DNA from: Felis catus
Lineage: Eukaryota
Assembly (NCBI RefSeq): GCF_018350175.1
Contig: NC_058368.1
Span: 200,510,001-200,574,000, forward strand
DNA length: 64,000 bases
Direction of reading: 5' to 3'
How positions within the stretch are numbered: position 1 is the stretch's first letter; each line of letters begins with the position of its first letter. The notes beneath the pieces are model-generated. The model was not told the DNA's origin, made no database searches, and saw nothing but the letters and a program-made list of their open reading frames with translations. Shown in pieces: positions 40,587-55,244 of the stretch. A program made the position numbers and the translations under genes.

Positions 40587-40774
40587 AAGTACCTGCATCA
40601 CCTTTCCACCTTAACAGAAAGTTTTCTTGATGTTTGGAAAATTTCCTAATTATACCACTAGGTTTTATTGCAATTCCTGCTTCCATGGATGACATCCTTA
40701 TTAAGTCAATATTTATTATACCTGAATTGGTAGTAACTTAAATTAACTCTTAATTCCAAGACTGGTGGACTTAC

Positions 40775-40941
40775 TGAAAGGTAAGGGTGCCTCTTTAAGA
40801 GAAGTAATAGAGGATAGCTGATAGTATTGCAGTGTGTTTAGAGCGTTCCAAAACTCTCCATCAAAATGGGACAAAAGAAATACGAAATCTTGCCTTTGTT
40901 CATGGCTTGGACTTGGCTCATTAAGTATTTCCAAACTATTT
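40775..40941 (-). pseudogene. Exon remnant, open: NSLEILNEPSPSHEQRQDFVFLLSHFDGEFWNALNTLQYYQLSSITSLKEAPLPF
   Basis: cacag acceptor and TCA|gtaagt donor; LLSHFDGEFWNALNTL~GREB1L LLPHADVAWVSSLRPL; phase 1 matches the next exon. Confidence 0.75.
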
Positions 40942-42284
40942 CTGTGCATTTTTCAAATGTAGCAAAATACACAGGTATGTCTATTACATGAAATACATTA
41001 GTGAATTTAGGGAATAAACACCACATTTTCAAAAGACTTCTTGAGAAAAGAGTGAGAGAAAGAGAAAAAAAAATAATTTCAAGGGAAGTAGTTAATTTTG
41101 TTTTTTCATAAAGTAGGAAAAACTCAAAAAATGACTATATATTTATATATAACACCTTTTATAAAGCCACAAAATTAAGTAGCATGTAAAGTTTAAAGAA
41201 TATGTTGCAAATTTAAAATAAAACTCAGTGGTTTAAAAATGACAGGAATAATTTTATCTAAAATATTGAAGTTAATAATTGATATTGGTGAATTCATTAT
41301 GAAATTGTTCAGTCTGTCAAGAAGACTGGATATTTTATTTACACATTCACTTAGAGTAGCTTATACACACATACATAACTAGAGAAATTTTCCAAAGAGG
41401 AGATGGAGAAAGTCATTTTGTAAATACGCTGATTCAGCATATTTACATAAAGTGTTTGACAAATTGCTGGCAGAATAAAGGGCAGAAGAATGTAAATTTA
41501 GATCTAACTAAGGCTTCCATAAATATACCAAGAGAGAAATCAAATGAGAAAACATCGTTGATATGTGCAGGAGCATGCATATGCTAATGAAACTTCAGGA
41601 AGTACTTGGATCATACACAGACCACAGCAACCATGTTGGTAGGTCATGCACAGTGCTTTAAGTGTACCTTTAACTATAATAGCAGCACTCTATTTTTATG
41701 TGTACACAAATTGTGCAGAGGTATTTTGGACACATTCATCTATTAATTATTTGTAGGAAACATTCATTGCATTATTGTTTAAAGCAAGATTATTACACTG
41801 CTTATTTTTCCTCTATCAAGTCTATTCATTTAAATTTATAATTATTTTATTCAAGAAAATTGCTTTAACATTAACTGCTTTGTTCCTGTCTTCATTTCAT
41901 ATAGTAAAGAAAAGAATAATAGATGGCATTTATTAGGGAAAAATGTCAGTCTTAATGAAATTTCAGCATTATTGATTATTTAATTTTATTACCTAAAATT
42001 AGGCATGCTGGCTCAAAGTAAGGCAATAACATGACTTGGTTTATTGTTATCCAAACCATGTTCTTTAAAATACTAACAGGTGTTTAATTAATTTCAGCAT
42101 TTTTCTCCTAACACTTATTTTTAATCCATAGTAAATATTATATTGCATCCAGATCTTGGTTTCTAATAATATTATCCAAATAATATAACCAGGGTTCTTT
42201 GAATAAATGGCCAATTCTGAGACTGAGATAATAATTTCCAGAGATGTGCCTGGAACATCCTGTGGTGACAAAAAGAAAATTGCT

Positions 42285-42286
<2 letters not shown>

Positions 42287-42320
<34 letters not shown>
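42287..42320. repeat. (CA)n microsatellite; others at ~32837-32868 (TG), 36250-36289 (TA), 61927-61954 (TG), 4806-4838 (GAAT)
   Basis: Direct reading. Confidence 0.95.
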
Positions 42321-42322
<2 letters not shown>

Positions 42323-44634
42323 CCCAATAATGTCAGAGGAACAAGGACCCAGGAACTAGCTGAAAGAGCTCCCAGTGGCCAAAGGTAGAAAAATTTGAGC
42401 AACAAAATAAAGTAGTATTGGATTACAACCTAAAGTATAAAATAACTCTTCATGATTCCATACTGATATAAAGAAATGATTGAATAAATAGTTTAAAAAT
42501 CCCAATTCTTTGTCATAGGTAAAAAATAAATTCCAATGTAAGAAGTTAAAAGCAAAAATAATAAAATGGTTAGAAGATAATTTAAATAATTAAAAAAAGT
42601 ATTTATATGGTATCTCCCAAAACGCAAACCTCTCAGAAGTGGTAAAGGAAAATATTTATTTCTTTATATCTATCTATCTATCTATCTATCTATAAACATA
42701 AAAAAAAGAATGGTTACCTTTGTGGAGAGGCATGGAATTGTTCAGGTGAACAGTTTACAGAAATCAGTATTGAATGTTGTGTTTCTTTAGATCTGGAAGT
42801 TGTTTTGTATTGCATTTGCAATTAATAAGACAATGACATAAAACATAAATTGTTATATACTTCCATATCTGGTTCTTTTATTTTTATCTGAATAATATTG
42901 TAAGGTTAATAACTAAGTAGTAGATGATAAATTTTTGTTTTTAATTATCTTATTTAGATGTATATAAGAAAGATACCAGCTTGTATGGTATATCAGTATA
43001 TCACTTTCTGGTAAAGAAAAACAGATTGTACATGTCAGTTGAATTCAGAAGATGAAAATAGTTTTGCTTTAAAATAAATAATAGTAGTATATCAATTTTA
43101 TGTTAATCATAATTTATTCACAAAAATATTTTCATTTATAATAATGATACTGTGGCTTCTAAAAGTTTATTCCAAATCACTTGAATATTTTTGTGCATTT
43201 TAAATAAATTACTTCTACCAATAATACAATCCTACATTAATTTGTATGAAACTTAAGAACATCCAAACAAATAATATTTGCATACATGTTAAAGTAATTT
43301 TGCTACTCAAGGCCTAGATAATTATTTGTGTTTCTTATCTTAAAAATGCTATGAAAAAGTAGGAAATTTTAATGCTAATGGCTCTCTGTTAATCCATTGC
43401 ATAAACTGATATAATGAAAAGCTTATGGTAAAAAACTTTGAAATGAGTAAAATCTATCAAGACCCTAAACACCCCCTTACTCCTTTACAGAGCTCACTGT
43501 TTGTCTTTAACCATTATGAAAATCCAAGGAAACAACCTTACATTACAGATTAAATTGTAATGAATCAGAAAAGCAAACCTATCTATCAAACTAGTGAAAA
43601 CCGAAATAACATGGCTATAGAACTCCCCCAAATAGACTCCAAGAACAGAAACATCTAGAAGTTACTTATCTCCCATTAAAATCTGTGCCTTTCTAAATTT
43701 GGAGGGCTTGTTAATATTTTTAAATAAAATATGAATATATATGTAGGATATGGATTATCCATCATTACTGTAGAGTCTTATTAATATATGGCAAGGAAGA
43801 AAGCAAATAATAAATACACATAAAGAAAAGAGACTCATAAAAGACATAAGTTACACCTTTCATGTTTTATATTTTGATTTACTGACACCTCTGAAGAATT
43901 GGCAGTTACCAAGAAAGAAAATACACACTACATTAAAACCATCCCTTGAAATTAAAAGCATTATGACAAAGACTAATAGATTTCATTCCTGTTTGATCTC
44001 TGCACTGACATCATATTTAGCTTGGTAATTTTAGCAAGGGACATTGAATCAATAACTCAATGATCTCAGCTCTGTTGATGTACAATTTTATCTTACATTA
44101 TCTATAAAGCATTTATCAGCAACAATTTATAATATGGATGTTTGAATATGATGGGTTTAGGTACAATATCTATTGAAATGATAAACAGTGATTAGTTCAT
44201 ATATCTCTGTTAAGTAATGTTAAAAGTAAACTCCTAAATGGATGCTGCAGAATCATTCAACACCATATGCAGAGCACATCACTTCATCATATTTTTGGCA
44301 GTCACAACATCAGGGTAACTCAAATTCAAGGGAAGTCAGCCACACATCTTTCCAAATTTGTTTTGTTTTGTTTTGTTTTTACTAAAATAAAGCATTGAGT
44401 TTTTCTTAAAGAAAAAGAAAAAAAAACAATGCAGAAAAAGGAAGATAATAATAACAAGTATAAGCAAATATGTTAAACATAGTTTATATGTTTAAACATA
44501 TATGTTTTTATAACATAATATGTTCTGATTCTAATTTAGACATAATTTAACATTTCAGATATATATATGACTTTCGAATACATATCATTTTCCCATCAAT
44601 TTATACTATCATTCTTTTTTTTTAAATGTGTTTC

Positions 44635-44832
44635 TTTTTTTTTTTTCAAGTTTATTTATTTTGAGAAAGAGACAGAGTGAGCAGGGGAGGGACAGAGAGA
44701 GAGGGAGAGAGAAAGAATCCAAACTGCTAGCACAGAGCCAGATGCAAAGCTCAAACTCAGGAAACTGTGAGATCATGACCTGAGTTGAAATCAAGAGTCA
44801 AATGCTTAACCAACTGAGCCACCCAGGCGCCC
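44635..44832 (-). mobile_element. CAN-SINE
   Basis: Reverse-complement head ...acccaggcgccc. Confidence 0.9.
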
Positions 44833-45699
44833 TTATACCATCATTCTAAAGATATGTTTACACCTTTGTTTTTCTTCAAATAGCAATGCTTTTTAACACT
44901 GTTTCTGTAAGACTTATTATCCCTCAAAGAAGTCATAAATGTCACAAATTTTATATATTTCTAAATGTTTCCTTTTTACATATTTACCTTTGTGATATAG
45001 TTTACAATATTTCTGCTTAAAGAGTAAAAAAGCAGAATTTGACATTTTAAAATTATAAATGTAAATTGTAAATGTATCTATATTGTGAATTTCCTTCAAA
45101 GGTAATTAGGACAATTTGATAAATATTATTGTTCAATAATATTGACTAATTAATTCAATTAATTATTAATTAATTTAATCAATAAACATTATTATTCAAT
45201 AAGTTGAATAAGTTTGATAATTGTTGGGCAAAATTAATATTTTTATTCTTGGTACATAATCAAGGTAAAAACAGGCAAATCTTTATTTCCCACTAACATT
45301 GCTATATCTAGAAAAAAGGTAGATTGGATGGCAACTTAAAAAAAAAGGCTTTATAATAACAAGAGGATTTTAAAAAATAAAGTTTGCTAGAAAACCAGAT
45401 GAAACAAGGAAAATAGAGGGCTGGATCTGTGATAGAAGTAGAATCTTTAATATTGCATGATAATAGGAGAACTGATCTAAAGCCGTATAAGGCTGGACAC
45501 ACTTTCGAAAGAGGTAGAATTAACTCATGTACTGAGTATTTAATAAAACCTCTTAAGAGTCATGACTACAGTCTGACAAAGACTGTACACCCATTCATTT
45601 GTTCCACTACCTCCCCCCCTCCCAGCCTACTCCTATACCAACTAGGGTTCAAATGGTGATTTTTGGCAGTGGGAGAACAGTCAGATGTAGAAAGTCACG

Positions 45700-48600
45700 C
45701 ATACTGGATCTGAGCAAATAAAAAAGCAACTGCAAGCTCATTCTGCAAATAGCCTTCAATAATTCAAAATGAAAAGAATCATTACATAAACTATCAAAAA
45801 GAGCTTGACTCAGAATATTATAAAATTTCCCACAATTTCTTTCAGCTATAGAACAATATAAGAACATGTTTTTTTTTTAAATGCAAAACAAAGATGGAAA
45901 CAGAAAAAGAAATATAGAACCTAAAAATAACAAATGCTGGAATTAAAAAAAAAACATTGGAAGCACAAAGGAAAGGAGAGAAATTGACAGAATATAGCAC
46001 AGAAGTACAAGAAGATAGACAATAAAAAATAGAGGTTAAGATAGAGAAAATTACATGATGGCAGAGCAGAAAAGAATGGAGAAGAAATCAGGAAGACAAA
46101 CAGAAGATTCCATTTAATGTGGTTTATCTAAGCTATACTGAACATTACTTATATGAGCTATATTACTACTACCAACAAAAATAATAGTAGCAATAAATGA
46201 TAATCTTAGCTAATTTTGTTTTATTTTTAAACTTAGCTAATTTTAAAATAATATTTTAAAAATGCTAGACAAATATAGCATGTAAGATGGATGATAAGAG
46301 TTAAAATGTTCTAAGCACCTTATTTTAATTGGAAGACAGATTAAAAATATAAGTAATATGTTTAAAAATTAAGTGTATATAATCCAATGTCAATGATACA
46401 AATGAAAAAGATGAGTGATTATGTGTATAACTTCTAAACAAGTGGAGATGTGTGGGGAGGAGGGATGAATTACTAGTTTAAATTTTAAGGAAAAAAAAAC
46501 CTTCAATGTAATCAAAATAAGGAAATAAGACAGAAAATAAAAGCATAAAAAAATGAGATAAATATAATATGAAAGATATATTAGTGGGAAAAAAAGCTCA
46601 ATGATCACTGTAAATATAATTGGAGTAAACTTGCAGTTAAAATACTCAGAGTACAAGAGATTTTTAAAAAAATATCAACAAAATCTAAATATATTTCATT
46701 TATATGAATTGCATGCAAAATCTGAGAATATGGAAAAATAGAAAGTAAACTGATGAGAACAGTATACCAAGTAAACACCAAAGTACAGTCAATAATATAG
46801 GTAATGGAACACAAAGCATCATTCTGATTAGAAAGAGTCATGCAAACAGATGAATAGGAGCTCTTAAAAATCCTAATTTACATGCATCTAATAGGATTGC
46901 TTTGAAATATATAAAGCAAAAATTCATAGACCTACAAGGAGATATTGAAAAGCTCACAATCGTAGTATGAGATTACAATATGCTTAATAGGTGTCAACAT
47001 TTGCATAACACAATCAAAAAGATAATAAATAAATGATGCACATTCATCTTGAGAATATTTATAAAATGGAATATTTATATAATTATTTATATGTTAGACT
47101 AAAAGTTAAACCTCAACAATTTCAAAGAATTCAAAAAATACAGTCTATGTATTCTGGCCATAGAACGTTTTAATTTGTCATCAATAACAACTTTTTATGT
47201 CCACATTCAAAAATTATGGGATGTACTTCTAAAAAAATCATGCATTAAAGTGAAAATCATAATGAAAATTAGAAATATTGATTAATATAGATAGTAGTTA
47301 AAATACTACATATTACAACTGCGAGGTTATATTGTTATTCAAGGACAATATGTTTGCATTAGGAAATAAACTAAGATGAAATTTGTGAACTAAGCATTCA
47401 TCTCATCACATTAGAAAAGCAAAACAGATCATTTCTAAGGCCAGGAAACAGGAGAGGAGAGTAAGAATATAAAGAAATAAATCAAGGAAAAAAACACAAG
47501 GTAGGAGATGAATTTTTTGTGAAAAAATGAAATAGGTAAGTTTGCAAAAAAATACTAATGAAGAAATAGAACATGAGCAATAACATTAGGGCAAATGTAA
47601 ATTAAGCATTTGTTAACAGAACTTAACACATTAATAGGAAGATACCATGACAAAATGCATGCCAGTGGATTTGGAAATTTAGACTAATTGGTCAAATTGC
47701 AGTAAATATATAACATGCAAACTAACTTAAAAAAATCTAAATATTTGTATAAGTTAAAGAAAGAGAATTAGATGTTCAAATGTATCCCACAAATAAAGCA
47801 GCATAACAATGAGAATTTTACATACAACCGTGACTCCCTAATTTCAATATTCTAATGAAAGAGAAAAGTAGGGAATAAACCCAAACTCATTTAGAAGGCC
47901 ACTGTAAAATGGATCTAAAACCAAACAAAAGCAATGTAAAAATTCAAATTATAAGCCAATCTCACTTATGAAAAAGGTGCAAACACTTTAAACAATGTAT
48001 TAACAAGGTATTCCAGCAATCTATACTAAATACATATTGGGGCACATTGAGATTATCACAGCGAATGGAAAATTTTAGAACATCAATTATTGTAAATAAA
48101 AATGTAAAATATTGAAAGAGAAAAAATTTAATATCTTCAAAGTTGTAGGAAAAAAGCATACACTAAAATTCAACTTTTATCTATGTTTAAAAAAAGTCTG
48201 GTAAAATAGGAATAAAATGATAATTTCTCAAACATAAAATGATTCAAGGTTTCTATTTGACTTTCTGATCAAGAGTATGAAACATACTAGTGTAATTTGT
48301 TATCAATAAAAATTTCTAATTCTGTACATTTGGAAATTTTAGAACTTAGTATTAAATAATCTCATTACATCAAAGAGAAACTCATAATGAAAGTTGTAAA
48401 TAATTATCAATATAGGCAATAATGAAAACTACATGTTTCTTGATGTCTACGATATAGAAAGAAAGAGAAAAAATTGTTCTGTTTGGAAAAGAGTAATTAA
48501 AACTGATTATGAAGGTGAAATAATTGCATAGAGAATACTAAAAACTTTATGAACATCTTTTTACAAACATTAAGAAAATTTAGCCAGATGACTGGATTTA

Positions 48601-49560
48601 AGAAAGCTGTTAAAAATCAGCTTATATCTATATCTATATCTATATCTATATCTATATCTATATCTATATCTATATCTTTATCTATATCTATATCTATATC
48701 TATATCTATATCTATATCTATATCTTCTTTATATATATCCTTATATCCCTTTATATCCCTTTTAATATATAAAAGGGATATATTACCTCTAAACAATTAA
48801 GAAAAATCAAGAGCAACAGGGAGAAAATGTCAGTCAACTGCTTAGAAATAAATTTCACAAACTTTAAAAGAACTCTATGTAAAAAAAAAGAGAGAGAGAG
48901 AAAACCTTATTAATAGGCATTAAGGGAAACCCACATAAGCAGAAAAAACTTACTATGAACATTAAGAGGAAGACTATATAGTAAATGTGATAATTCTGTA
49001 AAAATTGAACTGAAGATTCAGAGTAATTGCAATACAAATCCCAACAGGGCTTTTGGGTGGAACTCAATGAGCTGATTTAAAACTTACGTGGAAAATCAAA
49101 GATCCAATAATTAAGATTTCCTGGGGGTGGTGAGAGAAGAGAAAGCGAGGTAACCGTCTAATCATATATCAACTTCTTATAAACAGTTATTACAGCAAAG
49201 ATGTATTTGCACGGAAGAAACAAATTAACAAGTAGACAATAACAGAAAACTCGGAAACAAGGTTAGAAAAAAAATATTTTTTCAAAAAGTTAACAACTAT
49301 TTATCTATTTAGAGGAAAAATAGATGCCTATTTTATACCCCAGAACAGTAAATTGGCTTCAAATAAACCTATGACTTAAAGGAAAATGGAAAAAAAAGTG
49401 AAAGAAAATTAGCAGAAATTTTGAAAAAATATTTAAAAGGTTTCTTAGGCCAAAATATATAACTTTTGGGGAAAAGTACATATTCTACCAAATTAGATAG
49501 TAATTTTATTTGTCTTAAAGAACAGCACAAAAATATTAATAAGCTACATGTTGCAAATAC
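45700..49560 (+). mobile_element. Ancient, highly decayed L1
   Basis: A-rich strand with recognisable ORF2 EN/RT remnants; boundaries approximate. Confidence 0.7.
48624..48724. repeat. (TATATC)n microsatellite
   Basis: Direct reading. Confidence 0.97.
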
Positions 49561-49627
49561 ATCCTTTATTCCCTGCACACTTTCTTTGCTTTATATTTCT
49601 TTTAAAAAGCAAATTACACTATCTTCT

Positions 49628-50048
49628 TTTTGTGTGTGGGCATATGTTTTAAGTTTTCATTTAAATCCTAATTAGTTAACATATAGTGTAATATTGGTTC
49701 AGGAATAGATTTTAGTGATTCATCACTTACATATACCACCCAGTGCTCATCGCAAGTGTCCTCCTTAGTACCCATCACCCATTTAGTCCATTCCCTGCCC
49801 ACCTTCCTCCATCAACCCTCAGTTTGTTGCTACAGTTAAGACTCTCTTATGGTTTGCCTCCCTCTTTTTTCCCCCCTTCCTCTATGTTCATCTGTTTTGT
49901 TTCTTAAATTTCACATATGAGTGAATTCATATTGTATTTGTCTTTCTCTGGCTGACTTGTTTCACTTAGCATAATTTACTCTAGCACCATCTACGTCATC
50001 ATAATGGCAAGATTTCATTCTTTTTGATGGCTGAGTAATATTCCATTA

Positions 50049-50079
<31 letters not shown>

Positions 50080-50309
50080 GTATATATATATATATCGTAT
50101 ATATATCATATGTATATGATAAAGAAGATATGGTATAAAACTAAAAAAGATAGTTACCTGGGTGGCTCAGTTGGTTAAGTTGGTCCAACTCTTGATCTCA
50201 GCTTAGGTCATGATCTTGTGGTTTGTGGGTTCAAGCTCTGTGTTGGGCTCTGCACTCACAGCATGGAGCCTGCTTGGGATTCTGTCTCTGCTCTCTCTGC
50301 CCCTTCACT

Positions 50310-50358
<49 letters not shown>

Positions 50359-50495
50359 ATAAATAAATACACTTTAAAAAAATAAAGAATATGTATATAT
50401 CTCAAAATAAATAGACTTAAAAAGTAAAGAATATATATATCTCAAAATAAATAGACTTAAAAAATAAAGAATATATATATATAATATATATTGTG

Positions 50496-50531
<36 letters not shown>

Positions 50532-51630
50532 TATGAGAGAGAGACATTAAGGGAATCCACATAAACAGAAAAATGTACTATAACATAAAGAGGAAGACTA
50601 TATAGTAAATATGATAATTCTGTAAAAATTGATATGGACATTTGGGCTTTTTCCATAATTTGGCTATGGTTGGTAATGCTACTATAAACATCAGGGTGAA
50701 TGTGTCCCTTTGAATCAGTACTTTTGTATGCTTTGGGTAAATACCTAGAGATGAAATTGCATATTGTAGGGTAATTCAATTTTTAACTTTTTGAGAAACC
50801 TCCATAGTTTTTAGAGTTGCTGCACTGGTTTGTATTCCCACCAACAGTGCAAGAGGGTTCCCCTTTCTCTGCATCCACACCAACATCTGTTGTTTCTTGT
50901 GTTAGTTTTAGTCATTATGACAGGTGTCAGGTGATAGCTCATTGCAGTTTTGATTTGTATTTCCCTGATGATGAGTGATGTTGAGCATCTTTTCATGTGT
51001 CTGTTGGCCATCTGGATGTCTTCTTTGGAAAAATGGTCTGTTTATGTCTTCTGCCCATTTCTGAACTGGATTGTTTATTTTTTGGGTGTTGAGTTTGATA
51101 AGTTCATTATAGATCTTGGATACTAAACCTTTATCAGATATGTCATTTGCAAATATCTTACCCATTCTGAAGGTTGCTTTTTAGTTTTGTTGATTGTTTC
51201 TTTCACTGTGCAAAAGCTTTTTATCTTGAAGAAGTCCCGATAGTTCAGTTTGGATTTTGTTTCCCTTGCCTCCAGCAACATGTCTAGTATGAAGTTGCTA
51301 CAGCCAATGTCAAAGAGATTGCTGCTTGTGTTTTCCTCTAGTATTTTGATGATTTCCTGTCTCACATTTAGGTTTTTGAACCATTTTGAGTTTATCTTTG
51401 TGTATGGTGTAAGAAAGTAGTCCAGTTTCATTCTTCTGCATGTTGCTGTCCAGTTCTCCCAATATAATTTGTTGAAAAGACTCTTTTTTTCCAATGAATA
51501 TTCTTCCTGCTTTGTTAAAGAGTAGTTGACCATATGGTTGTGTGCCCATTTCTGGGTTTTCTATTCCGTTCTATTGATCTATGTGTCTGTTTTTGTGACA
51601 GTACTATACTGTCTTAATGAATACAGTTTT
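49628..51630 (-). mobile_element. 5'-truncated carnivore L1 with a rearranged TA tract and nested SINE (50155-50380, plus)
   Basis: ORFs 50811-51549 are L1 ORF2 C-terminal sequence; degenerate TSD aatta..tatcttct. Confidence 0.92.
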
Positions 51631-52208
51631 TAATTAATATCTTCTAATTACTATTAGTTCATGTATTTATTTTGTCTATTGTCTATATTTGTCCACTAAA
51701 GTAAGATCTATGAAGGAGGTGTTTTTGTTTGTTTAGGTTTATATCATGTTCTGATAATGAGAAGAGTGTCTGGCAAGTAGTACAGGATCAATAAATATTT
51801 GTTGAATAATTACATTAGTGAACAACACAAGAAATGAACAGACAAACATCTTGGCAGAAAAATTGCCAAAAGAAACAAATACTATTTTGTAGAAGATGAA
51901 AGGTATGAATCAACAAATAGAAAAATATTCAAACTTACTAACAATCGGAGAAATGTGAATTAGGATTACAATAATACAACATTTTATACCTCCTATATTT
52001 GTTAAATGTACATATGATTTAATACGTTATTACAAATATTGGTGAGAAGGTGTGTCAGGGGAATCCTATAAACCCCTCACTGCAATATAAATAATTATAA
52101 CCTTTGGAAAATAATTGGGCACTTTTTTGAAAAGCTGAACAACCAGCCATATATTTTACTAATCAGCAATTGCATTTCAAGGCATGTGCCATAGACAATG
52201 TCTTGCAA

Positions 52209-52419
52209 TTTTTTTTTAACGTTTATTTATTTTTGGGACAGAGAGAGACAGAGCATGAACGGGGGAGGTACAGAGAGAGAGGGAGACACAGAATCGGAAA
52301 CAGGCTCCAGGCTCCGAGCCATCAGCCCAGAGCCTGACGCGGGGCTGGAACTCAGGGACCGCGAGATCATGACCTGGCTGAAGTCGGACGCTTAACCGAC
52401 TGCGCCACCCAGGCGCCCC
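52209..52419 (-). mobile_element. Young SINEC_Fc
   Basis: Near-identical to the other CpG-rich copies. Confidence 0.97.
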
Positions 52420-52656
52420 TGCAAATTTTAATAAACAAAGCGTTAATAGTCACAACAGCTTTTTTCCTAACAGGAAAACTTTATATAAAGGAAAAAAGTC
52501 GTGTCCATTGAAAAGAGAATTCACACATTAATTTTGTTGGTTTTACAGAGTGAAATACTGACAACTGTTACAATAATTATTGAGTAGCAGCTATTCACGA
52601 CAGTATTGATCATATAAGCAAACTATTGAAAGAAAAAACAAATTTCCAAAACCAGT

Positions 52657-53157
52657 TGTATTAGGGTTCTCCAGAGAAACAGAACCAGTAGAATGGATAT
52701 ATTTATATTTGGGCAAGAGAAATATCCTTTTTTAACATGTAAATATTTTATGCATTAACATCTAATATATAAATGAAGTTTTAGTATTTGTGAAGAATTG
52801 ACTCACACAGTTATAGAGACTGGCAAGTCTAAAACTTCAGCGCCCTGTCCCTGTTTGGGTCTGAAGGCCCGAAGCTACTGTGGAGCCAGGAAGAGCCCCT
52901 GTGCCAGCTTGGAGGCCGTCAGGCAGGAGAATTCTTTCTTACTCAAGGAAAGGTCCGCTTTTTTTTTCTATTCAGACCTTCAACTGGTTGTATAAGTCCC
53001 ATTCAAATTGGGGAAGGTAATCTGCTCCACTCAGTCTATAGGTTTAAGTGTTAGTATCATCCAAAGCCACCTACATAGGCACAATCAGAATAATGTCTGA
53101 CTAATATCTGGGTATTTCGTGGCCCAGACAAGTTGACACATAAAATTAGCCATTACA
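52657..53157 (-). mobile_element. MLT2-type ERVL solo LTR
   Basis: TG...CA ends (tgtattagggttctccagagaaacagaacc ... aagttgacacataaaattagccattaca); 5-bp TSD ccagt/cctgt. Confidence 0.9.
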
Positions 53158-53214
53158 CCTGTATCTGATAAAACTCCTTTTTTTTTATAAAACTCAAAAT
53201 TAGGAAATATTAAC

Positions 53215-53323
53215 CTTTGAATTTTTTAGAACAACTTTTATATGTCATAAAAGTAAGAATGTAAAGTGTAAAATCACTGCAGTCGTCAGCATTAACAGGC
53301 AGTGGATTCGTGCTCACACAAAT
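53215..53323 (-). pseudogene. Exon remnant: ICVSTNPLPVNADDCSDFTLYILTFMTYKSCSKKFK
   Basis: ctctttcag acceptor and AAG|gttaat donor; LYILTFMTY resembles GREB1L VIILSKAAY. Confidence 0.55.
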
Positions 53324-53862
53324 CTGAAAGAGATACTCTGTGATCCACTGGGAAGGAGGAGAAGGATAAACAAGGGAAACTGTACTGTTGCAAAATCAAC
53401 ACATTTTGTACTACTTTTAGAGGATGACATTGGTCAGAGACATAGAAGGATATTAATGAAGAAACACGAGAAAGAAGTTCGTAGCCCCCAAACTACACAC
53501 ATTACATATTATATATATAACGTTTATAAAAATGTACATACATTTATATGAAATATACAAACTCTCATGTGTTTTACATTTATTAAATATTCCTGGGGAA
53601 ATAGAGATAAAATAATGCAACATCTGTTCCTTCTATAACGCTTATAATCTATCAGGTCTATGAACAAATAAACATGGTTTAATTGATGTTCTGAGGGAAA
53701 TAAATTGTTACATGTGATCATATTCAGGAGTAATTAAGTAATAGCATCACACAATATGCGAGGCATTTATCAGTAATACTGAAAATTAAGTACAAAAGGC
53801 TAGCTATAGTCACTTAGGTAATTAAATAGAAAGAGGTAATAAATGCCAAAAAAAGGATATTT

Positions 53863-53926
53863 CTTTTTTTAAAGTTTGAGAAAAACAGAGACAGCATGAG
53901 TGGGAAAGGGGTAGAGAAAGAGAGAC

Positions 53927-53969
<43 letters not shown>

Positions 53970-54096
53970 CCCAAACAAGCTCCACTCTACCAGCACAGAG
54001 CCCAACGCAGGGCTCGAACCCATAAAACCATGAGATCATGATCTGAGCTGAAACCAAGAGTCAGTTGCTTAACCTACGCAGCCAGCGAGGTGCCCC
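53863..54096 (-). mobile_element. CAN-SINE
   Basis: TSD aaaaaaggatatttct. Confidence 0.93.
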
Positions 54097-55244
54097 AAAA
54101 AAGGATATTTCTCTTGAAAAAATTATTTCACTCTTTTTTTCCTCCAGATTACAATAAGGAATATATTATTTATAATGTAGCCTTCTTTGGACTAATATGA
54201 AGTGTCAATTCCAATATTAATGCTGGAATAATAAGCATGAAGCCCTAATTGTACAGTTTTAGTTCCCAAGGGTCACAATTACAACTATGCAGGGGGAAAA
54301 ACTGTTTTTTTTTTTTTGAAAAACTGTTTTATCATTGATTACTTAATGGCTTTGATGCCAGACTATATTTGGGTACAGAACAACTATAATCTCTATCAAT
54401 TTGCTATCTGCTATTAAAATATTGTGGGAGACGTGGATTCAGTATTTAAACTGTGTAAGAAAACATATTCCCAGAAATAATTAAACACAGAAAGTTACAG
54501 AAAGAGCAAAAAATATTCAAGGGGGAATAAATGTAACTTAAAGACAAAAAAAAATATTTCCCTCTGTATAAGCCTTCTGTTCGTAGCTATACATGCAAAG
54601 AAAGTGACTATAGATCCTGCTAATTTAAAGTATTGGACTTGTTTGTTGATTTATTGGCATTTTAAACCTGGCTCTTCGTTGACAAAATAAGATTTTTTTT
54701 TTGACCTGATCTTTCCTCATAGTCAGTTAAAATATATAGTATTAATAGAAGTGTCTCCCTCCCTCTCTCTCTGACTCTCTAAAAGTAAATTAATAAAATT
54801 AATTTTTTTAAATAATAAATAAAGTTGGCATTATAGTCTATCCATTTTGTTACCTACCTTTTCTCAGTAAATATTTAGTCACATCAAATCCAGACCCACA
54901 TCATCCTTTTAATAACTGCCAAGTATAATTGTATGGATACATTATAATATTATCTAACCCACTTTGTTAGATATTGGGTTGATTCTTATTTAACTCTTAC
55001 AAACAATGCTTCCAAAGCTGCAGTAGTAAAAGCATAATTTGAAAACTTATTCTCTGCTCATCTTTTTGTGCATAGTGCCCAAATGACTATTTTACAAATG
55101 GTCAGACACATATAAATGGCATGTGCTTCTTCTAACAGCCTAAACCTATACTGGATTTGTTGCATAACTACATTTCCAGTCTTCTTAGTTATTTTAACAT
55201 TCTTATATCTAAACTGCAGTGATCAGCATCTATAAAGAAAATAC

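Noticed and set aside
48250..48440. Segment resembling 47170-47300
   Set aside because: Both are highly decayed L1 ORF2 pieces; cannot tell local duplication from independent insertion.
50811..51549. Protein-like ORFs (also 24333-25703 and 130-318)
   Set aside because: Frameshifted L1 ORF2 fragments; no intact L1 in the window.
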